From Octopus sinensis (lineage: Eukaryota), in the NCBI RefSeq assembly GCF_006345805.1, contig NC_043005.1, positions 85,808,001 to 85,872,000 of the forward strand: a DNA stretch of 64,000 bases. Reading direction: 5' to 3'. Made by a program: the position numbers and the translations under genes. This document shows positions 24,903 through 38,209 of this stretch, one piece after another (positions within the stretch are counted from its first letter, which is position 1; the number at the start of each line of letters is the position of its first letter). The notes beneath the pieces were generated by a model that saw only the letters and a program-made list of their open reading frames with translations, was not told the origin of the DNA and made no database searches.

Positions 24903-24996
24903 CGAATAATTGCCACGTATTACATTTACAGATAAATTTCTATAGTTACGTAATATCGAGGTCTCTTTCTTTCTTTTGTTGTCTTACCGTTTTTAT

Positions 24997-25030
<34 letters not shown>

Positions 25031-25033
<3 letters not shown>

Positions 25034-25400
25034 CGCAGGAGTGGCCGTGTGGTAAGTAGCTTGCTTACCAACAACATGCTTCCGGGTTCAGTCCAACTGC
25101 GTGGCTGACCAAAGCCTTGCGTGTGGATTTGGTAGACGGAAACTGAAAGACGCCGTCGTATATATGTATATGTATATATGTATATATATGTGTGTGTGTG
25201 TGTGTGTTTGTGTGCGTCTGTTTGTCTCTCCCCCCCTCCCAACATCGCTTGCCAACCAATGCTGGTGTTTGGCAGAAGAGGCAGATAGAATAAGTACTGG
25301 GCTTACAAAGAATAAGTCCTGGGGTCGATTTTCTCGACTAAAGGCGATGCTGCAGCATGGCCGCAGTCAAATGACTGAAACATGTATAGGTGTAAAAGAG
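25031..25400 (+). mobile_element. SINE family A with internal deletions and internal (TA)/(TG)n
   Basis: Head and 3' module intact; CORE-like block missing. Confidence 0.9.
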
Positions 25401-25587
25401 TATATATATATATGTATACACCTATATGTATATATACATATATACACATATATGTATATATCTATATTTATATCCCACTATATATGTGTGTACGTATGTA
25501 CGCATGTATATATATATCTATGTATATGTATGTATACATACATACATACATATATATTAATATATAGGTACATATATATATATATAT

Positions 25588-25637
<50 letters not shown>

Positions 25638-25920
25638 CTGTATGTATATGTATATATAGATATATGTATGTATATATATGTATACATATACATATATATT
25701 TATATATAGATATGCATATATGCATATATGTGTGTATATATTCACACGCGTGTGCACACATCCACATGCACGGACACACACATAAGCATACATACATATG
25801 TACACTTGTACATTATGTACACAAATCGACCCAGTAATAAAACTGATCACACACTGGGAGCAGCACAAATTTACAAACACAAAATATACACACAGTACGA
25901 ACGACTACACGCATATATAT

Positions 25921-25979
<59 letters not shown>

Positions 25980-26680
25980 CACTCACACATTTGCATATAA
26001 ACTCGTATACATAGATACATACACAGACAAAACGCACAGACATGAACACATTTTGTCAGAATGATGAAAGCCATAACTTTACAAGTCTGAAAATCTCCAT
26101 ACTTGAAATATCTAATATAATAGACACTACCTCAGCCAATCTGTTGTTTAACAAGCATTGTGCGTGTGTGTGTTTGTGTATGGGGCATATCCCTGTCTAT
26201 ATGAGGGTATGTGTAGTTGTGTAAGCGTGTGTCTACGTAGAGGTATGTGACAGGGTGAGGATTTGTGTATCACCCTGAACGTGTATATATGTATGCGGTT
26301 TTCTGTCTATGTATGTGTGTGTGTGTGTGTGTATTTGTGTGTGTGGTTTGCATGTGTGTGTATGTGTGTTGAATGTGTGCATGTGTGTGTGTATGTGTGC
26401 GTGTATGTCTGTGCGTATTTGTGTGTGTGTAAGTGTGTATGTGTTTGTATGCGTATGTGTATGTATTCCTGTGTGTGTGTATTTGTGTGTATATATATGT
26501 GTGTTTATTTTTGTGTATATATGTGTGTGTGTATGTGTATGTAATCGTCTGTGTGTGTATTTGTGTGTGTATGTATGTGTGTGTATGTGTGCGCTCGCAT
26601 GTGTATATTTGTGTGTGTGTACGTGTGTGTGTAAGTGTGTAAGTGTGTGTGTATGTTTGTGTGTATATGTATGTATGAAC
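25400..26680. repeat. Cryptic (TA)n/(CA)n/(TG)n low-complexity region
   Basis: Visible dinucleotide composition. Confidence 0.9.
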
Positions 26681-27499
26681 GATGTTTTGTCAATGCTAAA
26701 ATTTGGAACCGAAATTTGCACCGAAGCAACGTACCGTGAAACATTGTGTTTCAATTACGTTTTCAAGATTTGATTTAAACAGACAAGAGCATTAATAATG
26801 AATATTGTTCAAACAATATTTTGAGGGAGACCTATAAATAATTAATGTAAACGTACGCTGGCATAGACAGCTTAATATGACGTTCGTTTTGCAATCATAT
26901 GGTTTCGTGCTGGATTGAACCGCACGGAAGATTAATCAAGATTATTTTAAAGTGAAATTTGCTAGACGGAAACGAAAATAGCTGATGCATTATTTCCTAA
27001 ATATTTTCCAACTAATCTACAATAATGTTGCTGTGACAGAGCCATTAAGGTGTGCCTTTGAAAAACCTTACGTCTATCTATGATTTGAGCCCTCAATTTT
27101 AACCAGCTTTTCTTTCTTTCGTTCTCCTCTGTGACAAAGACGCAACCGACGAAAGAACGGATCGCATGTGGCTTTTCCCAGGTACATGAACCCGTAAGAG
27201 TAAAGCGAATGACTGATGCATGAGAAACACATTCTCATCCGTAATGATGGACAGTGCTTATAACGGGATCGAAACCTGGAAGTCAACCTGGAAATCTGCA
27301 CATTGGTGACATAAATGTGCTGATCATGAATACGCAGAAAAGAGGCAGCAGGGTTTGTTCCAGACGAAGCAACCACATTTAGGGTTTTCGATTCTTGATT
27401 CTCCAAAGGAGAAACTCCGAAAAAATAAACCATTAACACTAACTTGTTTAAGACACCGTTCCCTGTAAACTTCATTTTTCTGAAATACTTAAAATATCC

Positions 27500-27885
27500 T
27501 ATTCTACTCTAGGCACAAGACCTGACATTTTGGGGGAGGAGGCCAGTCGATTAGATCAACCCCAGTACGCAAATGGTACTTAATTCGTCGACCCCTAAAA
27601 GTGGAAAGGCAAAGTCGACATCGGCGTAATTTGAACGCAGAACGTAAAGATAGACGAAATAGCGCTGAGAATTCCTTTCTACTCTAGGCACAAGGCCCGA
27701 AATTTTGGGGGAGGGCCCAGTCAATTAGATTGACCCCAGAATGCAACTGGTACTTAATTTATCGACCACGAAAGGATCAAAGGCAAAATCGACATCGACG
27801 AAATTTGAACTCAGAACGTAAAGGCAGACGAAACACCGCTAAGCATTTCGTCCGGCGTGCTAACGTTTCTGCCAGCTCGCCGCGT
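27500..27885 (-). mobile_element. Two tandem SINE family B copies (~27500-27668 truncated; ~27670-27885 complete)
   Basis: Both begin (on the plus strand) TTCTACTCTAGGCACAAG and contain the family B body. Confidence 0.9.
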
Positions 27886-27959
27886 TGAAATACTTTAAAT
27901 ATATGTAACGTCTGTGTGTGTGAGCGTGTGCGTAATGAACAGAATATTACTTATGTATA

Positions 27960-28007
<48 letters not shown>

Positions 28008-28423
28008 TGTGTGGAGGGGGGAATTTGTATGTATGTACATAAGCATGGGTCACATGTCGCCCATCTAGCTGTTGCTGCCTTTACAACCCCTAATACTAAT
28101 TGTCAATTTCATGTATTACATCTGATCATTTACATGTCATTCTTTCTCGGGTAGTCACCTCACTAAAGGAATTCAAATACAACAGCGTACACTTCTCTGC
28201 TTCCTTCTCTTTCAGCCTTTATATAAACGCGTACATACACATACATGCATGCATACATACGTACATACATACATACATAAATATATACATAAATATGTAC
28301 ATACATACATATACATGTGTATATACATAGACATACATACACGCACATATATATATGTATATATGTGTGTGTGTATGTGTGTGTACGCGTATATATATAT
28401 ATATATTATATATATATATATAT

Positions 28424-29901
28424 AATGCTAAAGAAATGGCAGAAATACTGCAGAAACAACACTGCTCTGTCTTTAGTGATCTCACAGATATTGACGTAAG
28501 AGAAGCGAACGAAGTTGATTCCCAACAAAAAATCTCGGACATAACCTTCACGGTCTCGGACATCATAGCAGCAATAAATAAAGTCAAATACTATTCTGCT
28601 GTAGGCCCTGATATACTCCCCGCTAGTCTCCTGAAGGAATGTAGACGCCAACTTGCAGTCCCTCTGACCAACCTCTGGAGAAATTCTTTAGACTCAGGTT
28701 ATATACAGCTCCGGTCCCAGTCTGTCATCCTGGTTTTCAAACAGGGAATCAGATCCCTCGCTGTCAACTATCGCCCAAACTCACTCACATCCCACATTAT
28801 TAGATCGTTTGAACGAGTGGTAAGACCAAGGACAGCTGACTTCCTGGAGATCCACAAACTCCTAAATGCAAATCAGCATGACTTTCGCTGTGGCAGGGAC
28901 TGTCTAATACAGCTCTTACACCACATTGGAGATATACTTAAAGCCTTGGGAACAGGTTCGAACTCTGATGTCATATATCTTAGCTTCAGTAAATGTTGGA
29001 ATCCGTGGATAACGTCTACACTGTATTAAGTATTTCCTGGCGAATAGAACACAACATGTTGCGGTCGATGGTGTCCACTCAAGCCCATCAAAAGTCACTA
29101 GTGGTGTCCCTTGGGGGACTGCCTTAGGCACGCTCCTTTTTATAATTTACATAAATGACGTTTCCAGCGTCGTAAATCACTGCAAAGTGAAAATATTTGC
29201 TGATGACTCTAAGCTCCAGCAAATCATCAATGAAGAAGAAGACCGAACTCAACTCCAGTCTAATCTATATGCTGTGAGTCAATGGGCAGACAAAAACAAA
29301 ATGCAACTGAACGAGGGAAAATTTGAGCTGATGCTTTGGAAGAAAGTCTATAATAAAACAGCCATACTCTCTTCCTTCAGGGGAAAAGTTCACGGCATCT
29401 AATAATATCAGCGGTGTCATCATTCCACTTTTCTCCTCCTTTGTACGGACACACATCGAATACTGCTGCCCCTTGTGGTCTCCCCATACAGAACAAAATA
29501 TCTCGAGGATTGAATCACCCCAGAGGGCACTCACTAAACGCATCACTGAAGGCATCACTGATATCGATTACTGGAACCGCCTTACAGCCTTGAAACTCTA
29601 CCCTCTCCAGTGCGGCCACGAGCGGTACATCATTTGTACGATGTGGAGGACATGCTGCTAGCATTGCCCAAACGATCTGAACATTAGTTTCCAGGTTTAT
29701 CCAAGGCTGCGACCACGGGCCATACGTCCCCTGTCCAATTTAGGATCACAACATGTAGGTAAACTGCGACAAAATTTCTTTTCCTCAACAGGACCTGCCC
29801 TGTTTAACATTGTGCCAAAGCTGATCAAAGAGGAAAAGGATCCAATCACCTTTAAACGTAGTCTGGACAGACTTCTTCAAGGAATACCAGATAAGCCACC
29901 C
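28424..29901 (+). mobile_element. CR1-clade LINE RT fragment, decayed
   Basis: GPDILP, NYRPNSLTS, QHDFRCGRDC, SGVPWGTALG.LLFIIYIND and KIFADDSKL motifs; frameshifts and stops. Confidence 0.9.
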
Positions 29902-29984
29902 ATATATACATATATATATATATAAACATATATATATATATGTGTGTGTGCGTGTATGTTCATATTTATGTATGTGTGTTTTTG

Positions 29985-30160
29985 ACTCTGTGTTTGTCCC
30001 CCGCCATCGGTGCTGGATTGTTTACGTTCCCCATAAATTTAGCGTTTCGGCAAAAAATGACACCGATAAAATAAGTACCACTCTTAACAAAAGCACTCGA
30101 TTCATTCGACAAAATCTCTTGAAGGATATACTCCAGCGTGGCCGGTGCCTAATAATTTAG
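29985..30160 (+). mobile_element. SINE family A 3' module
   Basis: TTTACGTTCCCCATAAATTTAGCGTTTCGGCAAAA...ACTCCAGCGTGGCCG. Confidence 0.75.
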
Positions 30161-30221
30161 ACATAGGTATACATACATGCATACATACATATATATATAT
30201 ATATAATATATATATATATAT

Positions 30222-30268
<47 letters not shown>

Positions 30269-30319
30269 TATATATATATAGAATATATATATAAGTATAT
30301 ATATATACTATATATATAT

Positions 30320-30610
30320 CTGGGACCCCTTTCGTCACGACCCTGACCATGGGATTGCACCTAGAAAGTTACCCTCCGAGGCACAAGTCTGGGCAAGGTT
30401 GTTTATGGAAGACCAGCAGTCGCCCATGCATACCGGCCTCCCCTCTCCACGCCCCCAGTGTTATCCAAGGGGAAAGGCAAAGGTCCGATACAGCTTGGCA
30501 CTCGTGACGTCGCACTCATTTCTACAGCTGAGTGAACTGGAGCAACGTTGAAATAAAGTGTCTTGCTCAAGACACCAACACACAGCCCGGTCCGGGATTC
30601 GAGCTCACAA
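30320..30610 (-). mobile_element. tRNA-derived SINE, a distinct family ('D')
   Basis: Minus strand reads GAGCTCGAATCCC (B-box) then GTCTTGAGCAAGACACTTTATT...CCAGTTCACTCAGCTGTAGAAATGAGT. A possible diverged relative lies at ~16400-16620. Confidence 0.7.
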
Positions 30611-31513
30611 GTTATATATATATTATATATATATATAATATGTGTGTGTGTTGTGTGTATGTATAGTATGGTATGTATATGCATATATATAGATATATAT
30701 AATAATATATGTGTGTGTGTGTATGTATATGTATGTATGTATATGTATAATATATATATATATATATATATTGATATATATATATATATATACATATACA
30801 TACATACTAACATACACACACACACATATAATATATATATATATATATATAATATGCTATACTCTACATAGAAACTACATACACACACACACACAATATA
30901 TATATATATAGCCATTACATGCTTGAAACAATTGTCTGCTACTCTTAGCAGGTCGAGCAATCTCGTATATAGTATTCGCGTTCTTATACTATTTAATTTA
31001 TTTGTTATATTATTTTACTCTGTATCAAAACGAATATATATTATTATTTGTGTTTTCTGTTTTCTTTTGTTTTTTTTCTTTTGGCTATAAAAATTGTAAT
31101 ATTAAATAACTTTTGAAATCGATCTAATATGCTGGCCGAGTGTTGTTGATACGTTTCATGTGCTTATTTCTATTGTTTATTGTGACTTTGCGAATTGGTA
31201 AATATTACCGAAGCATGAAATGAAATATAAACAGGAATTATACGAAAAAAAAGAGGAAAAAATGCCAAATAAATGGGAAAAAGAAACAAAGAATAAATAT
31301 TAATGGAGGAAAACGAGAAAAACTAACAAGAAAACAATAATGATCAGAGTATCGATAGAAATATTGATGTTAATAGTAACAATAATAATAATAACTATAA
31401 TATAATGATATCATCATCATCAGCAGCAAGAAGAAGAAGAAGAATTTCACTAATAACAACAAGAGCAAAATTAAGAAGAAAATAATGATGATGATAATAA
31501 TAATAATAATAAT

Positions 31514-31567
<54 letters not shown>

Positions 31568-31604
31568 TTAATAATAATAATAAGAAGAAGAAGAAAAAGG
31601 ATAA

Positions 31605-32055
31605 TAACAGACGGCATCACCGAATATATAAATGCAAAGATCCTATCGAATTTTATGATTCAGCGTGACCATGAGATTGAGAATAGGAAGCCAGATATAG
31701 TCTTAATTGAGAAAGAAAACAAACTATGCTGGTTCATAGATATAGCATGTCCAGCTGACAACAAGGTATGCGATAAGGAAGAGAGAAAAGTCGACAGATA
31801 TGACAGGTTAGCTTGGGAAGTTAAGCAGTTGTGCTCGATGAAAAAGGTGGTAGTAGTAGCAATAATTGTCGGAGCCCAGAGCAAAGTGAGCAAAAATCTC
31901 GAGAAGTACGTGGAACGAATAGGGGCTGCAATAAGGATGGAGCACTTGCAGAAAACAGCACTGCTTGGAACCACTCGAATACTCTGGATGGTGCTCAAAA
32001 AATAAGAGGTGTTACCTTAGTTCACTGGTAGTGAAAAGCTGACACTGTAGTACAT
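31605..32055 (+). mobile_element. R4/Dong-type RLE 3' fragment
   Basis: ORF 31655-32005 (NRKPDIVLI...FIDIACP.D...KVDRYDRL...IVGA...LQKTALLGT); preceded by (AAT)n and followed by simple repeats. Confidence 0.88.
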
Positions 32056-32174
32056 CTCCTCCTCCTCCTCCTCCCCTCCTGCTGCTGCTGCTGCTGCTAC
32101 TGACCCTGTTACTCTACTCTTAGAGCAACAGCAAAAGTAGCAGCAATAGCATCAACAACAAAAGCAACAACAAT

Positions 32175-32213
<39 letters not shown>

Positions 32214-32247
32214 CTACTACTACTACTAATAATAATAATAATAATGA

Positions 32248-32762
32248 CGACGGACACAAGGCCTGAAATTTGTGGGGAGGGATTACGTCTACTACAGCGA
32301 CCTTAGTGTTTCAACCCCGAAAGGATGAAAGGCAAAATCGACCTCGGCGAAATTTGAACTCAGAACGTAAAGACCCTGAAGGAATGCTGTCATGCATTAT
32401 GACCATCAATGATTATGATGATAATGATGCTGATAATGATGATGATGATGATGATTTATTCCTAGTAATGAGCTACAAGTGAACTGAGACATTTTGGTTG
32501 TCATCAAACTGCATTGGTGTTAATAATAATCCTTTATACTAGAGGTAAAAGGCTAAAATTTTGGGGGTGAGGGGTGGGGTTGAGTCGATCACAACGACCT
32601 CCAGTACACCACTGATACGTAATTTATCGACCCACCCCACCCTGCCGAATGGTTGAAAGACAAAGTCAACCTCGGCAGAATTCGAGCTCAAAACTTAGCG
32701 GCAGACGAAATGCTGCAAAGCATTTCGACAGGTGTGCTAACGATTCCGCCGGCCCGCTGCCT
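32248..32762 (-). mobile_element. Two SINE family B copies (~32248-32400, ~32530-32762)
   Basis: AAAGG(A)TGAAAG.CAAA.TC.ACCTCGGC.AATT.GA.CTCA in both. Confidence 0.85.
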
Positions 32763-32764
<2 letters not shown>

Positions 32765-32806
<42 letters not shown>

Positions 32807-32948
32807 AATAATAATAACAATAACAATAATAATCCGGAAATATTAGGGAACGGGACAGTCGATTATACAACAACAACAATAATAATAATAATAATAAAAT
32901 AACAAAAATAACAAGAACAACAAGAACAACAAGAACAACAAGAACAAC

Positions 32949-32998
<50 letters not shown>

Positions 32999-33180
32999 TA
33001 ATAATAATAATGATAATAATAACAAAAATAACAAGAACAACAAGAACAAGAACAACAACAATAATAATAATAATAATATAATAACAAATAACAAGAACAA
33101 CAAGACACAACAACAACAATAATAATGATGATAATCATAATAACAATAATAATATAATATCTATAATGATAATAATAAAA

Positions 33181-33222
<42 letters not shown>

Positions 33223-33360
33223 AATAATACTCTAATAATAATACTAATAATTGATAACATAATAATAATAATAACACCTATAATATCAGAATTAACACAA
33301 AAGAAAAAACAAGCAACAAAAATATCAACAACAAAAGCTATAACAAGAACAAATACAACA
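32765..33360. repeat. (AAT)n/(AAC)n/(AAGAACAAC)n compound microsatellite
   Basis: Visible runs. Confidence 0.95.
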
Positions 33361-33711
33361 GTCACATAACAAGAAAGACAGGATCTCGCTCTCTCTCCTC
33401 TCTCTCTCTTAGGTTCTCTTTCTCCCTACGCTAGTGTATATATCTATGTTAAGAGAGGGAGAGAGAGAGAGGGGGAGGGAGAGAGTAAAGCACACAGTCA
33501 TACATACAAACGGTATATTTACATCACTGAATTCTAAAAGGTTTTTAGAGGAAAATGATTTTAATTAGATTAGGGGGAAACCACTGTAGCAGAAGCGTTA
33601 TTGCCACTTTCGAACAGAATCTCATCAAATAGAAAAACTTATGTATACACGTCAACACACAACACACACACACACACACACAATCACACACACACACACA
33701 TAGAGGATATG

Positions 33712-34076
33712 ATGTCGTGGCACTCCGTCGATTACGACGACGAGGGTTCAAATTGATCTGATCAACGGAACAGCCTGCTCGTGAAATTAACGTACAAGTG
33801 GGTGAGCACTGCACAGACACGTGTACCCTTAACGTAGTTCTTGGGGTGATTCAGCGTGACAAGGCTGGCCCTTTGAAATACAGGTACAACAGAAGCAGGA
33901 AGAAAGAATGAGAGAGAATTGTGGTGAAAGAGTACAGCAGGGTTCGCCACCACACCTTGCCGGAGCCTCGTAGAGCTTTAAGTGTTTTCACTCAATAAAC
34001 ACACACAACGCTCGGTCTGGGAATCGAAACCGTGATCCTACGACCGCTGCCCTAACCACTGGGCCATTGTGTCTCA
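33712..34076 (-). mobile_element. tRNA-derived SINE family C, full length
   Basis: Minus-strand head TGGCCCAGTGGTTAGGGCAGCG (A-box) and GGTTTCGATTCCC (B-box); 3' end CCCTCGTCGTCGTAATCGACGGAGTGCCAC. Confidence 0.92.
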
Positions 34077-34399
34077 CCGATATGTGTGTTCGTGTGTATC
34101 TGTGTGTACGCGCACTCAGAGTTACTGGTGTATAGATAAGCATGCTCCTCCACGTGGAGTACATTTCTGACTCATCCTGTCTCTACACCACGCACCATTC
34201 ACGCGCACACGAATATCCGCTCTATACTACACCTTCACACATTCTGACCCCTAGACACACTCAGAGACACACAAATATACATATACACGCAAGTAGCAAG
34301 GACTCATAAATCATGTATATATATATAAGTTTATGTGTGTGTGTGTATGAGTGTGCACATAAGTACATATATGTATATTAGCATTACTATGTATGTATC

Positions 34400-34658
34400 T
34401 GTCTACCTACCTACCTACCTACCTACTTACCTACCTACCTACTACCTACTTACGTATCTACCTACCTACCTGTCTTTCTATCTACCAATCTATCTATCAA
34501 TCTATCTATCTATCTGTCTGTCTGTCTACTGTCTATCTACCTACCTACCTACTTACCTCCCTACCTATCTATCTATCTATTTATCTATCTATCACCCATC
34601 TAGCTATCTATCTATCTGTCTGTCTGTCTACTGTCTAACTACCAACCTACCTGCCTAC

Positions 34659-34726
<68 letters not shown>

Positions 34727-34738
34727 ATCTCTATCTAC

Positions 34739-34777
<39 letters not shown>

Positions 34778-34844
34778 CCTATCTATCTATCTATCTATCT
34801 ATCTACCTGTCTATCTATTATCTTTCTCTCTCTCTATCTATTAC

Positions 34845-34886
<42 letters not shown>

Positions 34887-34890
34887 GACA
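34400..34890. repeat. (ACCT)n/(ATCT)n/(CT)n/(TA)n microsatellites
   Basis: Visible runs. Confidence 0.95.
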
Positions 34891-35241
34891 TCCAATATAC
34901 CTAAACATTCAGACGGTTGCACGGATCATTGATATTCGATTCGGTATGATAGCGATATAATGGAAGCTGTAAGATGATAGCTCGGTTGTTAAACGTGAAA
35001 ACCTATATTTGAAGTTAACCAAATGTTAGTCACCTGTAAGTGGTTTCTGATTAATTTATTCCAAAGTGTAAGGTTTCCTTACAAAGTTGCATAACTTAGC
35101 TAGGCATTGAAAGTATACTGATCAGCGTTGGGATGTTGCTAAATATTTATGGGCTAAATTTATGGAGGAGACAAACACAGACAAAGGGATTAAGTCGATT
35201 GCATTGACTCTAATGCCTAACCAGCTCCGTTAAACATAATA

Positions 35242-35647
35242 CGGATCTTTTCGCTTTGACCGGCAGATTTTTAAAATAATTTCTTTGTAACTAAACACTT
35301 TCCAACTTCGTATACTGGTAGAATGTGTCACATAAAACATATTTTTCTCTTGGCTTTCTTGAGAAAATTCAGTAGTTTGTAAGCTATTTGTTCTTTAATT
35401 TCTTGCATTTCAGCAATTTCAACCACTCAGTGACACCTATTGAGGTGAATTCAATTTCTGCCGGATCGTTGTCAACAACATTTTCTGGCGGTGTCATATG
35501 AAAATGCTTACAAACTACAGAATTTTCTCAAGAAAGCCAAGAGAAAAAGATGTTTTATAAACACATTCTACCAGTATACGAAGTTTAAAAGTGTTTAGTT
35601 ACAAAGAAACTATTTTAAAAATCTGCCGGTCAAAGCGGAAAGATCCT
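35242..35647. mobile_element. Tc1/mariner-type MITE with ~142-bp TIRs
   Basis: 35242-35384 is the reverse complement of 35506-35647 (GGATCTTT.CGCTTTGACCGGCAGATTTT...TTTGTAAGC); TA on both flanks. Confidence 0.9.
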
Positions 35648-36052
35648 TATATCGTGTTCAACACATCGTTAAAGTAAGTGCAATTCAAATATCGCCTACG
35701 ATCAGGTGTGTTGTGTGATTTTGTGACAGTGTTAAAATTTATTTATTGTATGAAAGGGAGATTTGACCAGTTCTGTGTGGAAAGAGCGTTGCCACTGAGA
35801 GGATGTTGATACATGTATCGTTCAAATTATTGCGTTCTGTATGTATCTATTTATGTAACTCGTGCGATAAAGTATATAGTTATGACTGCAGTGCCTAAGC
35901 AATGCTAGAGTAGTCGGACAAGATTGGAGTTAAGTTATTCCTTCCGGGAAGACGCTGCTTTCAATAACCAAAAGTGTTAAATCGCAGTTGTGAGGTTTTA
36001 TGGCCAAAATATTCTCCGACGTCGAATATATTCGTACCAAGAAAAAATAAAA

Positions 36053-36830
36053 TATATTTGAGAGATGAGGAGTTATGTACATTATCTACATTATTTACAT
36101 TTGACAGATATTTGTCTTTACCTTGTTTGTTGTTAACACAACGTTTCGGCTGATATACTCTCCAGCCTTCATCAGGTGTCTTGGGAAAATTTCGAACCTG
36201 GTAGTTGAGGTTTTTTTCCAACGGTTGTAATGGAACTTCTCGCGGACAAGTACATGTCCTGCCCTTTCCGCTACTCTTCTAGCTTTATATGAATCCACTG
36301 GTTCGAAATTTTCCCCAAGACACCCGATGAAGGCTGGAGGGTATACCAGCCGAAACGTTTTGTTAACAACAAACAACATGAGGACAAATATCCATCAAAT
36401 GTAAATAATGAAAATAATGAACATGATTCCTCATCTCTTAAGTATAGAACTGTACTATCTGATCGGTGCGGAGTGGACATTAGACTTCATTGGAGACATA
36501 TAGAGAAACTCCATCAAAAACTAGCTCGTCTTTCAAACCATCTAACTTTCCTGTGAAGATGTAGAGACTCAAAGCTAATACAACCTGGCTTGAATTTAAT
36601 GACACCAGTGGATTCATACAAAGCTAGAAGAGTAGGGGAAAGGGCAGGACATGCCCTCGTCCGTGAGGGGATCCATTACAACCGTTGGAGAAAGCATCAA
36701 CTACCAGGTTCGAAATTTCCCCAAGACACCTGATGAAGGCTGGAGGGTATATCAGCCGAAAAGTTGTGTTAACAACAAACAAGATGAGGATAAATATACA
36801 TAAAGTGTAAATAATGTAAATAAAGTAATG
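36053..36830. mobile_element. Penelope-like mini-element: inverted copy (36053-36302) plus ~1.3 tandem copies of a 406-bp unit containing a hammerhead and the PLE ORF N-terminus
   Basis: 36458-36703 translates as ...KLARLSNHLTFL*RCRDSKLIQPGLNLMTPVDSYKARRVGERAGHALVREGIH..., a PLE N-terminal signature. Three hammerhead motifs. Confidence 0.88.
36135..36180 (-). ncRNA. Type I hammerhead ribozyme (minimal, palindromic stem III)
   Basis: GACAC-CTGATGA-A-GGCTG(GAGAGTATAT)CAGCC-GAAA-CG-TT/GTGTT. Copies at 36319-36364 (+, core CCGATGA) and 36725-36770 (+, GAAAAGTT) are mutated. Confidence 0.75.
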
Positions 36831-37544
36831 ACACATTGTCAAAAGGTTTTCCAAAACATAACCATTACTCTATGCGCCTTTTTACATTAACTCTGACAAA
36901 GTTTTCACAATGTATATTGTCGTCAACTATTAAATATCTAAGCAAACAAAAAGAAAAGATAAAGAAAACATATTTGTGAAGGTCTCCCAAACCAACTCGC
37001 TTCATAAAAGGTTTTTGACGATTTCATAGAAGGATGAAACTTGCACCATACAATTACTGCTTATAAAATTTAAGATCATTGTAGTGAGTTGTGAAAAAAT
37101 ATAAAAATAGATATATTCTGTACATTGTTTTTAATTGTATCCGATTTAGAATTCAAATCCTACCATTTAAAAATGATCATCTCCCTTAAATAATTTGCCA
37201 CCAGGGAATACCGCGTATTCAAAGTAGATAGAATTATCAAGGAAAAGATAAAAATATTATCTGTGTTGTTATGAAGTTTATTTCACAATGTGTCTTCGGG
37301 TTTGTTTTAACTGTGTAACACATTCTTTAAACGAATAAACACCATTCCCTACTTGACTAGTAAGTTATGAATGGAATTAAGATTACCGAAACAAAATATT
37401 TAATGTTTATTCATACCTCATAATTTAACAGTTGACAAATGGCATCAGGTGCGTCCCTTTTATAAGTTATCTCTTGATGGTTGATGGTTGATGGTTATGT
37501 AAGTTACTTCCTGAAGGGAAGTTGATTGCGTTGATGACATTTTT

Positions 37545-37875
37545 TTTATGTGGCACTCCGCCGGTTCCGACGACGAGGGTTCCAGTTGATCCGATCGACG
37601 GAACAGCCTGCTCGTAACATTAACCTGCAAGTGGCTGAGCACTGCACAGACACGTGTACCCTTAACGTAGTTCTCGGGGAGATTCAGTGTGATAAGGCTG
37701 GCCCCTTTGAATACAGATACAAAAGAAACAGAAAGAGTGAAAGTTATGGTGAAAGAGTACAACAGGGTTCACCACCCCACCCTGCCGGAGTCACGTGGAG
37801 CTTTTAGGTGTTTTCGCTCAATAAAATCTCATAACGCTCGGTCTGAGAATCGAAACCGCGAGTCTACGACCACGA
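37545..37875 (-). mobile_element. SINE family C, 5'-clipped
   Basis: Collinear with 33712-34076. A short 3' fragment also lies at ~38945-39015. Confidence 0.9.
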
Positions 37876-38165
37876 TTTCTAAGCGATTATCTCCCCTACA
37901 CCGGAAGAAATCACTCACTACCTCCCCTTATTTAGAAATCTCCTGGAAATAAAAACAACGATAACTCCATGCAATATAAACATAACGTCACAAGAAATTT
38001 GAAAAGCTACACGCGAAACCGGTAATTTCTTTAAAAATTTTAAAATTATGTCATTTTAAGGAAGGGAAAAAAAATTTTTTCCCATATTCTCCAGACATTT
38101 TGACACAAATATATATATTTTTTAACATTTAAGCCTTCTGTCGTTTTTTCACACTTTACTATTTT

Positions 38166-38209
<44 letters not shown>

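Noticed and set aside
27074-27475. 133-aa minus-strand ORF / possible 36-nt exon (KNEVYRERCLKQ)
   Set aside because: No recognisable domain; weak acceptor; cannot be distinguished from chance without RNA-seq.
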